Source: Cyanobacteria bacterium auto_48_18 | GTDB lineage: Bacteria > Cyanobacteriota > Vampirovibrionia > Obscuribacterales > Obscuribacteraceae | Direction of reading: 5' to 3' | DNA length: 64,000 nucleotides | NCBI GenBank assembly: GCA_036170915.1 | Contig: JAVHQC010000010.1 | Coordinates: 169,423-233,422, forward strand | Shown: in pieces, positions 1 to 10,324 of the stretch | Position numbering within the stretch: position 1 is the first letter of the stretch | How the letters are laid out: each line of letters starts with the position of its first letter | Position numbers and translations under genes: made by a program | Notes under the pieces: generated by a model | Told to the model about the DNA's origin: nothing | Seen by the model: only the letters and a program-made list of their open reading frames with translations | The model's database searches: none

Positions 1-2
1 CT

Positions 3-620
3 AACGATAATCTTCTGCGAGAATTGAGCAAACTAAAAAGCCTTTATCGATTAGACATGCGAGAGTGTATTTTCTCTGAACAGGGCTTGCGGGCCCTTTC
101 GCAATTAGACTATCTAGAAAGATTGGCGATGGAAGGGTGTGCGATCAAGGGTGACTGCAATGAAGCCCTGCACCAATTTAAGAAACTTCGATATCTGAAT
201 ATAAGCGGTTGCCATACGGCACCAGCAACAGTGGCACAACTATTTAATCTTCCACACCTTGAATATTTTGCCATAGCTCGTTGCGGCATTAATAACGAAG
301 CGCTCAAAGGTGCACTGGCCGCTAAACATCTGAAGTTTTTAGATTTAAGTTCAAATGCGGAGGTAACGGGCGCAGGGCTAGCCAATCTAAAATCTTGCCG
401 TTCGCTAACCAATCTCAGAATAAAATTTACTGGCATTCGCGCCCGCGATTTGCTCATGCTAAAAGGTTTGCCTTTGCACCTCGTAGACTTGCACGAGAGC
501 AGCATCTCTGCCAGCCTGCTTAACGAGTTGCAAATCGCGTTTCCCGGATGCATGTTTACTCTTGCGAAGAAAGAACCTTCGGGTGATTACAAAATGCTTT
601 TCGCGCCTACAACGCGGTAG
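3..620 (+). CDS. Leucine-rich repeat protein, C-terminal part (runs off the left edge)
   Basis: Repeated LxxLxxLxLxxC/N units (LKSLYRLDMREC, LRYLNISGC, LKFLDLSSN); frame is open to the window start. Confidence 0.85.
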   Translation, partial: NDNLLRELSKLKSLYRLDMRECIFSEQGLRALSQLDYLERLAMEGCAIKGDCNEALHQFKKLRYLNISGCHTAPATVAQLFNLPHLEYFAIARCGINNEALKGALAAKHLKFLDLSSNAEVTGAGLANLKSCRSLTNLRIKFTGIRARDLLMLKGLPLHLVDLHESSISASLLNELQIAFPGCMFTLAKKEPSGDYKMLFAPTTR

Positions 621-746
621 TTGAAGTATGCCTCGAAGTTTGCAAACATACAACAAACCCTTGACTACTAACCGTTGAGTTAGTACTCTGTATAATAAGG
701 AATCTCTGGCGCGCGCCCGAGTCCTTGAAAAGCTCTTACCAAAACG

Positions 747-773
747 CAGAGAAATTTGCGGGAAATTTCTCTG
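747..773. promoter_or_regulatory. Perfect 11-bp inverted repeat upstream of the RND operon; probable repressor operator
   Basis: CAGAGAAATTT-gcggg-AAATTTCTCTG, ending 24 bp before the adaptor ATG. Confidence 0.5.
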
Positions 774-797
774 TAAAATGTCAGGCACGCAGGAGAC

Positions 798-2090
798 TTG
801 ATGAACCGATTGCTGGCGGCAATATTAATCTCTTGCTTTAGTCCAATTTTAATCGGCGCCTGCTCAAGCACGCAGCAAAAGTCGGCCGAACAAAGCGCAC
901 CGCCACCTCCAGTAGTGCAGGTGATCAAGTTGACACCTGAGGCGCTAGACATTTATCGCGACGTTCCAGCCCAAACTTACGCCCGCAACAAAGTCGACGT
1001 GCGCGGCCGCGTGGACGGCTACATCGAAAAATGGCTGTTCAAACCAGGTCAGCAGGTTAAAGCCGGGCAGACTCTTTATGTATTAGACACGAGACCCTAT
1101 CGAGCCGAACTGGCCGGGGCCCAGGGCAAACTGCGCGAGGCGGAAGCCGACTTGCATTTTGCCAAACAACAAGTCTCACTGGCCGAAGCTCAGGCCAATC
1201 TGGCCAGCGCCAATGCCACTCTTCTAAAAGCCAAACAAGACTATAGCCGCACCAAAGAATTGGTGGCAGAAGGCGCAGTATCGCGTCAAGATTTCGACAC
1301 CGCGACGGCCAATTTGACATCGGCTCAGGCCACCGTTAAAGCGCGCACAGCGTCGGTGCAACAGGCAGACGTGACTACGGCCACGCAGATTGATAGTGCC
1401 GGCGCCAAAGTTGAGCAGCAAAAAGCGGCAGTTTCTACCGCCTCACTCAATGTGCGCTATGCCACCATCATCGCCCCTATCGCTGGTGTCATCGGTGAGT
1501 CACAAATTCCGGTGGGCGGCCTGGTGACGGCAAATTCCACCACACCGCTAACCACAATCGTGCCCCTCGATCCGCTTTTTGTGCGCTTCAAGGTCACCGA
1601 GTCGCAATACCTGATTTACAAGCGTACGCACAAAGGCAGTGCGCCTATTTTAGAAATGTACATGGCCGACGGCTCTAAATTTCCCCACAAAGGTAAAGTC
1701 GATAACACTCTCAATGAAGTGGATCGTCGCACCGGTACACTCGAGGTGCAGGCTGAATTTCCTAACCCCGAACGTTCGGTTCTGCCTGGCCAATATGCCC
1801 GTGTGCGCTACATTCGCGAGCACCTGGCCGGTGCACTCACTGTGCCCGTTAAAGCAGTACAACAGACACAAAGTTTGAGCAGCGTGTTGGTCGTTGGCGC
1901 AGACAACAAAGCCGAGTCGCGGGTGGTCAAATTTGGGCCACGAGTAGGCGAACAGTTTGTGGTCGAAAGTGGGCTTAAAGCCGGCGAAACTATTATCGTC
2001 GAAGGTCAGATGGCAGTGCGCCCCGGCATGCTGGTCATCCCTGTGGCATCGCAGTCGCGCACGGCCGCTACCCCTCAAGAAATCAGGTAG
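798..2090 (+). CDS. RND efflux periplasmic adaptor (AcrA/MexA-like lipoprotein)
   Basis: Lipobox-like LIGAC, VRGRVDGYI, IIAPIAGVIG, FPNPERSVLPGQY; directly upstream of an RND permease. Confidence 0.95.
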   Translation: MMNRLLAAILISCFSPILIGACSSTQQKSAEQSAPPPPVVQVIKLTPEALDIYRDVPAQTYARNKVDVRGRVDGYIEKWLFKPGQQVKAGQTLYVLDTRPYRAELAGAQGKLREAEADLHFAKQQVSLAEAQANLASANATLLKAKQDYSRTKELVAEGAVSRQDFDTATANLTSAQATVKARTASVQQADVTTATQIDSAGAKVEQQKAAVSTASLNVRYATIIAPIAGVIGESQIPVGGLVTANSTTPLTTIVPLDPLFVRFKVTESQYLIYKRTHKGSAPILEMYMADGSKFPHKGKVDNTLNEVDRRTGTLEVQAEFPNPERSVLPGQYARVRYIREHLAGALTVPVKAVQQTQSLSSVLVVGADNKAESRVVKFGPRVGEQFVVESGLKAGETIIVEGQMAVRPGMLVIPVASQSRTAATPQEIR

Positions 2091-2093
2091 AAC

Positions 2094-5000
2094 ATGGCCC
2101 GCTTTTTTATCGACCGCCCAATTTTTGCCATGGTAATCGCCATTATCATTGTCATTCTTGGGCTCGTGGCCATACCATCACTGCCGGTGGCAAGCTATCC
2201 GCAAGTGGTGCCACCACAAATTCAAGTTACCGCCAACTACCTCGGCGGCAACGCTGCCGATTTAGAAAAAACAGTGGCGCAGCCAATCGAAGAGCAGCTG
2301 GTGGGCCTTGACGGCATGCTTTACTATCAGTCAACTTGCTCTAACAACGGCGCGCTCACTGTCACGGTCACATTTAAATTGGGCACCGACCCTGATATCG
2401 CTGCAGTGCAAACGCAAAACCGAGTCAGCCTGGCCCTGCCCCGTTTGCCGCCCGAAGTGCAACGCCAGGGAGTCAATGTCAAAAAAGTTTCGTCTGCATT
2501 TTTGATGGCCGTCAGTTTGATTTCACCGGATGGCCGTTATGATTCGCAATTTCTCACCAACTACGCGCAAATCAATTTAGTTAATCAACTGGGAAGTTTG
2601 AACGGTGTGGGCGAGGCGCGCCTGGGCTCACAAGAATTGTACTCAATGCGAGCGTGGATCGACCCAGATAAATTGACGCAATACAACCTTACGGCCACAG
2701 ATGTAAGCAATGCGGTGGCCGCTCAGAACAAGCAGAACCCGGCAGGATCGCTGGGTGAAGCACCGGCGCCGAAAGGCACCGACATGCAATATTCGGTCTC
2801 CGCTCCGGGGCGATTGACCGATCCAAAACAGTTTGAAGATATTGTTTTGCGAGCCACTCCTGATGCTTCGCTATTAAAAGTACGCGATGTGGGCCGGGTC
2901 GAACTGGGCTCACAGACATATTCAGGCTTCAGCCGCCTGCGCGGCAAACCGTCGAGCAACGTCGTAATTTATCTGGCACCTGGCGCCAACGCTGTCAAAA
3001 CGGCCGAATCAGTACTGAAATTTGTTGAGAATGCGAAAAAGAATTTTCCGGCTGGCGTAGATTTTGTGGTGCCGTACAACTCGACAATGTTCGTTAAGGC
3101 CGCCATCGAAGACGTAGTTAAAACTTTACTCGAAGCCATAGCCCTGGTCATTCTCGTGGTCTTCATCTTTTTGCAAAACTGGCGCGCCACCATGATTCCG
3201 CTATTGACTGTGCCGGTTTCCATCATTGGTACATTTGCACTATTTCCACTGCTGGGCTTCTCAATAAATATCACCAGCATGTTTGGTCTGATACTGGCCA
3301 TCGGTATTGTCGTAGATGATGCCATCGTGGTAGTAGAAGCTGTGCAGAGCCACATCGATGAAGGAATGAACGCGCGCGACGCCACTATTAAAGCCATGGA
3401 AGAAGTGTCGGGGCCGGTCATGGCCATTGCCATTATTCTCGCAGCAGTATTCGTGCCGGTGGCATTCATTGGTGGCATCAGTGGTGAAATTTTCAAACAA
3501 TTCGCCCTGACCATCGCCGTCTCTGTTCTCATATCAGCCCTTAGTGCCTTGACATTGAGCCCTGCTCTTTCGTCGATACTCTTGAAACCATCAGGTCAAA
3601 GAAAAAATCTACTGACTCCATTTTTTGGTGCTTTCAACTTCGCCTTTGAACACACGCGAAAGAAGTACACTTCGTTTGTGGAATTTTTGATCAGAAGATC
3701 AATCATCGCGGTGACAACGCTCGGCCTGGTGATCGGTGGAACCATCTTTCTCTTCAAAGCTCTGCCCACAGGCTTCCTGCCCGAAGAAGACCAGGGAGCA
3801 TTCTTTATATCAATTCGTCTGCCTGACGGTGCATCAACTGAGAGAACAGACAGAGCAACACAAAAAGTAGAAAAAATCTTGAGCCAGATACCTGATGTGG
3901 CAACATATTTTGTCATCGGCGGCATGGATATTTCAACAGGCACATCTAACTCAAATGTTTCCACAGTTATATGCGCACTTAAACCCTGGGAAGAGCGAAA
4001 AAAGCCAGACCAGCAGCTTACAGCCATACTGGCAGAAGCGAAAAAACAATTTGGTCAAGTCAACGAAGCGCGCATTTTCGCTTTTGGTTTGCCACCAATT
4101 TTAGGCTTGAGCGTAACCGGCGGCTTCCAGTTTATGCTTGAAGACACTGCGGGTGGAAGTATTGAGGCACTATCGGCGGCGGCAGACAAAATCGTAGCAG
4201 CGGCAAAAAAACGACCGGAATTGACCAATGTAATCAGCACCTTCAGACCATCGGTACCTACATATTTAGTCAATGTCGATAACGACAAGATGCAAACTCT
4301 CGGCATCAGCCCAATTGAGAGCTACAACACCCTGCAAACGTTCTTAGGCGGCCTCTACGTCAACGACTTCAATATCTTTGGCCGTACCTGGCAGGTGCGT
4401 GTACAGGCAGATCCCAAGTTTCGCGATGAGCCAGCAGACCTCGACCATTTTTATGTGCGCGGAGGCATGGGTGACATGGTGCCGGTCTCAACAATTGCCT
4501 CAATCAAACCGTCGGCCGGGCCAGATGTCATTTATCGCTACAACCGCTTCAGGGCTGTGCAAATCTTAGGCGGGCCCGCACCAGGTTACTCGAGCGGCCA
4601 GGCGACGCAAGCCATGCAAGAAGTAGCCAATGCCAATATTGGACCTGGTCTAAACTATGAATGGACCGGCACCACATTTCAAGAGAAGCAAGCTCAGGGC
4701 AATGAGCTTGCCATTTACGGTCTGGCAGCAATTCTAGTTTTTCTTTGCCTGGCAGCACTCTATGAAAAATGGTCGATACCGCTGGCGGTGCTCTTTGCCG
4801 TACCACTAGGAATGCTGGGCGCGCTGCTGGGAATTTACTTACGCGGCTTCGCTTACGACATCTATACTCAAATCGGCATCGTTACACTGATTGGGTTGTC
4901 TGCCAAAAATGCGATTTTGATTGTGGAATTCGCTAAAGAAAAACGAGACCACGGTGCCACCGCCGAAGATGCCGCCAGCGCAGCTGCTAATTTGCGCCTG

Positions 5001-5345
5001 CGGCCAATTTTAATGACATCGTTTGCGTTTATTCTCGGCGTCTGGCCGCTGGTGGCGGCAATGGGCGCGAGCTCAGGCGCCAGGCGCTCACTGGGAACAG
5101 CCGTATTTAGCGGCATGATCTCGGCGACCATTCTAGCCATCTTCATCGTGCCGGTTTTATATGTCTTGATTGAAAATGCGGTCAACAAAGAAAACAAGAG
5201 TCGTAGAAAGAAGCAGCAATCACTCAAGTCTGAAAATAGCGAGGGGGAAGATTTACCCGTTGCAGAGTCCGTACCAGAGTCCGTAGCAGAGTCCGTAGCA
5301 AGCTCGACTGATACCAATGAGACAAGAGTAAGCACGAAGGAGTAA
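2094..5345 (+). CDS. RND efflux permease, HAE1 (AcrB/MexB) family
   Basis: MARFFIDRPIFA start, GIVVDDAIVVVE, KNAILIVEFA, RLRPILMTSFAF. Confidence 0.97.
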   Translation: MARFFIDRPIFAMVIAIIIVILGLVAIPSLPVASYPQVVPPQIQVTANYLGGNAADLEKTVAQPIEEQLVGLDGMLYYQSTCSNNGALTVTVTFKLGTDPDIAAVQTQNRVSLALPRLPPEVQRQGVNVKKVSSAFLMAVSLISPDGRYDSQFLTNYAQINLVNQLGSLNGVGEARLGSQELYSMRAWIDPDKLTQYNLTATDVSNAVAAQNKQNPAGSLGEAPAPKGTDMQYSVSAPGRLTDPKQFEDIVLRATPDASLLKVRDVGRVELGSQTYSGFSRLRGKPSSNVVIYLAPGANAVKTAESVLKFVENAKKNFPAGVDFVVPYNSTMFVKAAIEDVVKTLLEAIALVILVVFIFLQNWRATMIPLLTVPVSIIGTFALFPLLGFSINITSMFGLILAIGIVVDDAIVVVEAVQSHIDEGMNARDATIKAMEEVSGPVMAIAIILAAVFVPVAFIGGISGEIFKQFALTIAVSVLISALSALTLSPALSSILLKPSGQRKNLLTPFFGAFNFAFEHTRKKYTSFVEFLIRRSIIAVTTLGLVIGGTIFLFKALPTGFLPEEDQGAFFISIRLPDGASTERTDRATQKVEKILSQIPDVATYFVIGGMDISTGTSNSNVSTVICALKPWEERKKPDQQLTAILAEAKKQFGQVNEARIFAFGLPPILGLSVTGGFQFMLEDTAGGSIEALSAAADKIVAAAKKRPELTNVISTFRPSVPTYLVNVDNDKMQTLGISPIESYNTLQTFLGGLYVNDFNIFGRTWQVRVQADPKFRDEPADLDHFYVRGGMGDMVPVSTIASIKPSAGPDVIYRYNRFRAVQILGGPAPGYSSGQATQAMQEVANANIGPGLNYEWTGTTFQEKQAQGNELAIYGLAAILVFLCLAALYEKWSIPLAVLFAVPLGMLGALLGIYLRGFAYDIYTQIGIVTLIGLSAKNAILIVEFAKEKRDHGATAEDAASAAANLRLRPILMTSFAFILGVWPLVAAMGASSGARRSLGTAVFSGMISATILAIFIVPVLYVLIENAVNKENKSRRKKQQSLKSENSEGEDLPVAESVPESVAESVASSTDTNETRVSTKE

Positions 5346-5391
5346 AATTATCCTAGTAAGCTATCTCGGCCAGAAAGCACACAAGGATAAG

Positions 5392-6099
5392 ATGGATATT
5401 ACAGATTTAACTATCAAGATCTGTCGACACGCGAAATCAGAACAAAATGCCGGAGCTCTCGACGTCAGAGACATCGGTGATTATCGCATTCCACTTGCCT
5501 ATGGTGGGGCTGAAGCAGCTATGCAAGTTGGCCGCGACCATGCGGAATTTTTACGCGCACCAGGCACGCTTTTCTATCGCTCTCCCTATTTACGTGTGCG
5601 GCAGACCATGGAAAATATTCTGAGGGGTGCAGACTTGCTTGGGCCAGGTGGTGAGCCTCTGGTGCGTGTCTATGAAGATCCGCAGTTACGTGAAGTTGAA
5701 CATGGCTATAAAAGTATTGATGTTCAAGCACCGCTGCGCGAATTGCACGGATGGTTTTATTATCGCTTTGAAGGTGGAGAATCGCCCGCAGACTGTTACG
5801 ATCGCTGTTCGAGTTTTATCGAATCGATGATGCAGCAAATCAGACGTAGACCGGAAACACGCCAGGTGTTCATCTGCACTCACGGGCTAACAGCAAGGCT
5901 TTTGGTAATGCGGTTTCTCTATCTGTCTGTGGAACAATTTGAAATTTTGGAAAACCCGCATAATTGTGATGTCATAACCATCGCCTCTCTCAACAATCTG
6001 GAAAATCCGCAATTTGCCAGTCGCCGCTGGGGCGTAACCGGATTGCGAGTCAGACAAGAATCGGAGAAAAATACTCCGCAAATGTTAGATGACGTCTAG
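5392..6099 (+). CDS. Histidine phosphatase (phosphoglycerate mutase family)
   Basis: RHAKSE, SPYLRVRQT, GGES, THG motifs. Confidence 0.9.
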   Translation: MDITDLTIKICRHAKSEQNAGALDVRDIGDYRIPLAYGGAEAAMQVGRDHAEFLRAPGTLFYRSPYLRVRQTMENILRGADLLGPGGEPLVRVYEDPQLREVEHGYKSIDVQAPLRELHGWFYYRFEGGESPADCYDRCSSFIESMMQQIRRRPETRQVFICTHGLTARLLVMRFLYLSVEQFEILENPHNCDVITIASLNNLENPQFASRRWGVTGLRVRQESEKNTPQMLDDV

Positions 6100-6107
6100 C
6101 AGTAGCC

Positions 6108-7145
6108 ATGACCTATGAACTTCCCGAACTTCCAGAACCGATACCACACGTAGAATCACGTCGCGACGCAGGCGAAAGACCACCAGCAATTGAACGCTTG
6201 GTGCCGCTAGAAAAGAACTTCTACTCTAAAGTCATTCGCTATAACCAAATTCCAATCAAGTCGGCAGAAGCCGTTGACGACCGGGCGCTACAAGAAGCCT
6301 GGAAGAGACTGCACATGATGCTGGCAAAGGTTCCAGAGATCGCGGCCAATCTCAGCGCAAATGGTGCCGAGCTTCACATCATTGGAAAAAATCAGGTCAC
6401 ATCTGATCTGCCTGAGAACAGCCAATACAAAGGCAAACCTTTTGCCGGAGCTAAAGATTTTGACGAACGCACCAGAGGTGTTGGTGGACTATTTGCATCT
6501 TGCGGTGAAGAAAATCTTTTACGACTAAAAGAAGATAGATATTTTGGTAGTGACATTTGCGTTCACGAATTTGCGCACACCATCTATACCTACGGGCTCA
6601 ATAATAACGTGCGTGAATCGATAAAGAAACAATATGAGTCGTCGCTAGACAAAGGCAAATGGAGCGGCTGCTATGCTGCCACAAATGTTGAAGAATTTTT
6701 CGCAGAGCTTTCGACATGGTTTTTCGGTTCTCATGGCGACTATGGGAAAATTTCACCAAGTCCGAAGGTTGGCCCCACATGGCTAAAAGAATATGATGCA
6801 GACGCATTCACAGTTCTGTCTGACCTTTACTCCGGCCGCACCAAAGTTGCACGACCCCCCTCCACTGTTCTTCAAAAATTGCCGGTGAATATAGAGGCGA
6901 AAGTCAAATCTACGTCGTCTGCCATCCCAACTGAAATTCGTTTTGTTAATGAGTTGAGCTATCCGGTAAAGGTTTACTGGTTAGATTATCAAGGAAAGCG
7001 AGCTTACTATGCCGAAGTTGAGCCGCATGCCACTTTTACTCAGCAAACATTCTTGACTCATCCCTGGCTAGTCACAGACGGCAACGAAAAACCGTTGGCA
7101 ATATTTTTGCCGACCGAGCAGTTAGGCGTTGCGATCATAAAATAA
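6108..7145 (+). CDS. Zinc metallopeptidase (anthrax lethal factor/M90-like) fused to a VHL beta-domain
   Basis: HEFAH and YAATNVEEFFAE; C-terminal IRFVN..VKVYWLDYQG..QQTFLTHPWLVTD is VHL-like. Confidence 0.75.
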   Translation: MTYELPELPEPIPHVESRRDAGERPPAIERLVPLEKNFYSKVIRYNQIPIKSAEAVDDRALQEAWKRLHMMLAKVPEIAANLSANGAELHIIGKNQVTSDLPENSQYKGKPFAGAKDFDERTRGVGGLFASCGEENLLRLKEDRYFGSDICVHEFAHTIYTYGLNNNVRESIKKQYESSLDKGKWSGCYAATNVEEFFAELSTWFFGSHGDYGKISPSPKVGPTWLKEYDADAFTVLSDLYSGRTKVARPPSTVLQKLPVNIEAKVKSTSSAIPTEIRFVNELSYPVKVYWLDYQGKRAYYAEVEPHATFTQQTFLTHPWLVTDGNEKPLAIFLPTEQLGVAIIK

Positions 7146-7200
7146 CTAGTCGCTCGAACCAACCAGAGGCCACGAGAGCTTCAAATCTATTCTAGCGGGA

Positions 7201-8823
7201 ATGATAAAGGCAATCGTAATATGTGATGGAGCAAAATCGGTCATGCAAACGAAAACTGATGAATTTGGCATTACGTTCGCAGTTGAGAAGGTTGAGCGCG
7301 CAAAAGATCTGCTGCCAACCCTCAAGACCGATCAAGCCTTGATGCAGTTGCTCGGTGACACAACAAAAATTGAATCTTGTTCCGGATTCAACAAAAATTG
7401 CATTAATGGAGTCGCCTTCCATCCGCTAGTTGCTGCTGCACACTTTGCTTTCAGCCAGCACCGCCCACTCTGCCTTTCGCCAGATATGATCTGGGTCACA
7501 ATTGTTCAAGGTTTGGGCCGGCACATTAAGAACAACCCTGAAAGGCTTAGGCACCACTTTGTCGCCCACAGCGGAAAGCAAATTATTACAGTCGTACGCG
7601 ACGATTTGCTTAAGGGCACGCCTGAAAATGCCTGGGAATCTGTGATCAACTCTATTTCGGCCGGAGTGCGCAATTCTGTTGGATCAAAATATGACCAATT
7701 AATATCAGATTTTTCAACCACGCAGTTGATCGAGCGCACCGCCTGCGAGGTCGCACTGCTAGACGCGTTCCAACCGTATTTCGAGTATGAGGTTTATTGC
7801 ATCTGCGGCATTCCAGAAATTACGCTCGAAGGTTCGCCCACCGACTGGCAGCGACTGCGCGCGAAAATTGAATATTTATGCGACTACGAGCTTGACTGGT
7901 GGCTGCCGCACTTACGGAACATTGGTGACGAATTTGTTAAGGCCTCGCAAGGCGACATAAACCTGAATCACTGGAGTAACATTTATAAACGCCATGACGC
8001 GTACGGATGGGACGATGTTAATGGATGGATAACTGATTTAATACCGTATTTGGAAAACAAAGCTACTGGTGATTGCACAACTAGAAATCCGCTGCTGGCG
8101 AGAGATCCTAATGTACCTTTTGTCGATGAAGTTAAGAACCACACTGCATCTCCTTATGGCAATTGTGACTTTGCGATTTCGAGTAATAACATTCCTAGCG
8201 GTGTTTCACAGGCACCGTTCACGATTCAATTTGCAGACGAAATCGATTCTGAATCAATGGAATTTTTAGGTGGTTTTCTCGGCGTCACTCAAGATTCGAG
8301 TTCAGGCACCTTACGCCCGATGTTAGGTTGGGCGGTGCGTCAAGAGTCGGTACTTGACCAACTTTATACTCGTCTCACACCCTACAACTGCTCGCCGCCC
8401 CTCGATGCAGATTCCTATATAGAGTGCATGCAAAAAATTCTTGACCAGGCAAATTACTTTGGGCCATCCATACCTGGCGACCTGCTGAGATTTTACAAAT
8501 TCTGCAACGGTGTCACACTGAATAGTGGAAAATACAAAATATTGCCCTTCGAGATGCTGCAGGATTGCAGCCCTAAAATCGCTGCAGAAGATCTGGAAAG
8601 TTTGCCTGAAGAAGAAATTTTAAGAGCCTTGCGCCCAGGTAGCTGCCTGAAGATCTGCGAACTCGCTGATCAAAGTTACGTTGACATTGAACTTTTTGCA
8701 TCAACTCATGGAGATAGGGACGACTGTTCTAGAGTCTTACGTCATTTTCCGGATGGAGCCAAAAAGGTTGTTGCGTGGTCCTTCAGAGAATTCATTGAAA
8801 TTTGTTTGAAGAACGAGTTATAG
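7201..8823 (+). CDS. DUF4419-like protein with a C-terminal SMI1/KNR4-like domain
   Basis: HRPLCLSPDMIW, FSTT, CGIPEITLEGSPTDW, NGWI; C-terminal IPGDLLRFYKFCNG...SFREFI. Confidence 0.7.
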   Translation: MIKAIVICDGAKSVMQTKTDEFGITFAVEKVERAKDLLPTLKTDQALMQLLGDTTKIESCSGFNKNCINGVAFHPLVAAAHFAFSQHRPLCLSPDMIWVTIVQGLGRHIKNNPERLRHHFVAHSGKQIITVVRDDLLKGTPENAWESVINSISAGVRNSVGSKYDQLISDFSTTQLIERTACEVALLDAFQPYFEYEVYCICGIPEITLEGSPTDWQRLRAKIEYLCDYELDWWLPHLRNIGDEFVKASQGDINLNHWSNIYKRHDAYGWDDVNGWITDLIPYLENKATGDCTTRNPLLARDPNVPFVDEVKNHTASPYGNCDFAISSNNIPSGVSQAPFTIQFADEIDSESMEFLGGFLGVTQDSSSGTLRPMLGWAVRQESVLDQLYTRLTPYNCSPPLDADSYIECMQKILDQANYFGPSIPGDLLRFYKFCNGVTLNSGKYKILPFEMLQDCSPKIAAEDLESLPEEEILRALRPGSCLKICELADQSYVDIELFASTHGDRDDCSRVLRHFPDGAKKVVAWSFREFIEICLKNEL

Positions 8824-9942
8824 GCCCGGTTTGCTCAAAGCCGGAGCAGACTGTTCAGACAGCTGAGTAGCTGGGGGGTTCAAACGAATTCCCCGCTTTT
8901 GCAGGGCTTCAATAATTGTGGGCAGTGCGGCTCGCGCCGCAGACTCGCCTGCTGCCATTGCATTTGCAGCATCCTGCTTCTTCGTTGAAAGTAATCCAAT
9001 TCCGTCAACATTAGGATGAATGACAATATCTGCTCTTGTCAGAGCACGATAATCTCTTCTAGCGAGCTCAAGGGTAATCAACCTTTTTGCGACACTGCCA
9101 AGCTTGAGAAAAGATTCTGCAGATTCTTTTTTAAACCGTTCATCAACATCAACAGCAATAACAAAGTGCGCGCCTAAGGCACTGCGAGCTTCATTAACAG
9201 GGAGGTTCTGGATTACCGCACCATCAACGAATAAATCGTCGCCAATACGCACAGGACGCCTTAAAACGGGCACCGCCGAACTGGCTTGCATAGCGAGAAT
9301 CAGATCACCTTTAGTCAATGCATAAACGTGGCCGTCAACAAGATTGAGCGCCACGGCACAAAAAGGAATGGACAAATCTTGAATGTTTCTACGGTCGTCA
9401 GGCAATTCTTTGGCTAAAAATTTGGTAAAAAGGCCACCTTTATATATTCCATCAAAATGTTTCTTGCCAAATACGTAAGGCACCACGTGCAGTGGCGCTG
9501 TTACAACTCTTACTGTTGGCGACGGAGCCATGAAAGCCTTCATGATTTTATTGTTGCGAAATTGCTTTTCTAATTCGGGCAGCGGAACTCCCGCTGCATA
9601 CATTCCCCCGACAATCGCACCAATGCTAGTGCCGGCAATACAGTCAATGGGCACACCAGCTTCAACCAACACTTTTAAAACACCGACATGGGCGCCACCA
9701 CGAGTGCCACCACCACCTAAGGCGAGGCCAACGCGCGTACCTGAAGTCTCGACAGCTGAACCACGTCTAAACTCTGGCGAGGCCGCGTCAAAGAGGTTAT
9801 CGAAGCTCCCAGACCCGGTGGGAAACTGTCTGTCAGTAACTCTCGCAGCATGAGCGACCGGCGGAAAGAACAAGCTCAGGCAGGCCGTCGCTACTAGTAA
9901 CCGTTTAGAGATGCACATAGAATGTGCCATAGAATTCCCCAT
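8818..9942 (-). CDS. Patatin-like phospholipase with signal peptide
   Basis: GGGGTRG, GTSIG nucleophile motif, DGA (DGG variant). Confidence 0.92.
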   Translation of the reverse strand: MGNSMAHSMCISKRLLVATACLSLFFPPVAHAARVTDRQFPTGSGSFDNLFDAASPEFRRGSAVETSGTRVGLALGGGGTRGGAHVGVLKVLVEAGVPIDCIAGTSIGAIVGGMYAAGVPLPELEKQFRNNKIMKAFMAPSPTVRVVTAPLHVVPYVFGKKHFDGIYKGGLFTKFLAKELPDDRRNIQDLSIPFCAVALNLVDGHVYALTKGDLILAMQASSAVPVLRRPVRIGDDLFVDGAVIQNLPVNEARSALGAHFVIAVDVDERFKKESAESFLKLGSVAKRLITLELARRDYRALTRADIVIHPNVDGIGLLSTKKQDAANAMAAGESAARAALPTIIEALQKRGIRLNPPATQLSEQSAPALSKPGL

Positions 9943-10324
9943 CTAATCGTTTTGAGCTTTGAGCGTTGAGCGAGGCAGTGCAAGGCTGTTGGCGCAAGTT
10001 TCAAATTTCGCTCTTCTACAAGCATAGCCTCAAAGTGAGTCACTATGCTGATAAGAGATATGTAGCCAACTTAGCCGGCCACCACGTGAAACCGCCAGCC
10101 AGGGGCCGTAGTGTCAGAAATAGGTTTAACTGAAAATGTGAAGTATCCTTCAGGTTTTGGGTTTTTGCGATTTTGGAGACAAAGAGCCTCAACAAAAGGC
10201 GAAGCCAGCCACACTTGACATCGGTCGAAGTTGGCCCCATTGATACAAAAAGCTCGGTAATTAGATTGATGGTCATGGCGTGCTAAAGTTTGCCGAATTC
10301 CACTCTAATAAAAGAGGTCTTCTA

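Noticed and set aside
343..355. ATTTAAGTTCAAA as a fifth motif copy
   Set aside because: Inside the LRR coding sequence and lacks AGACG at the 11-nt spacing
5262..5300. 12-bp tandem repeat (AESV/PESV/AESV)
   Set aside because: Low-complexity tail of the RND permease, in frame; nothing further to support
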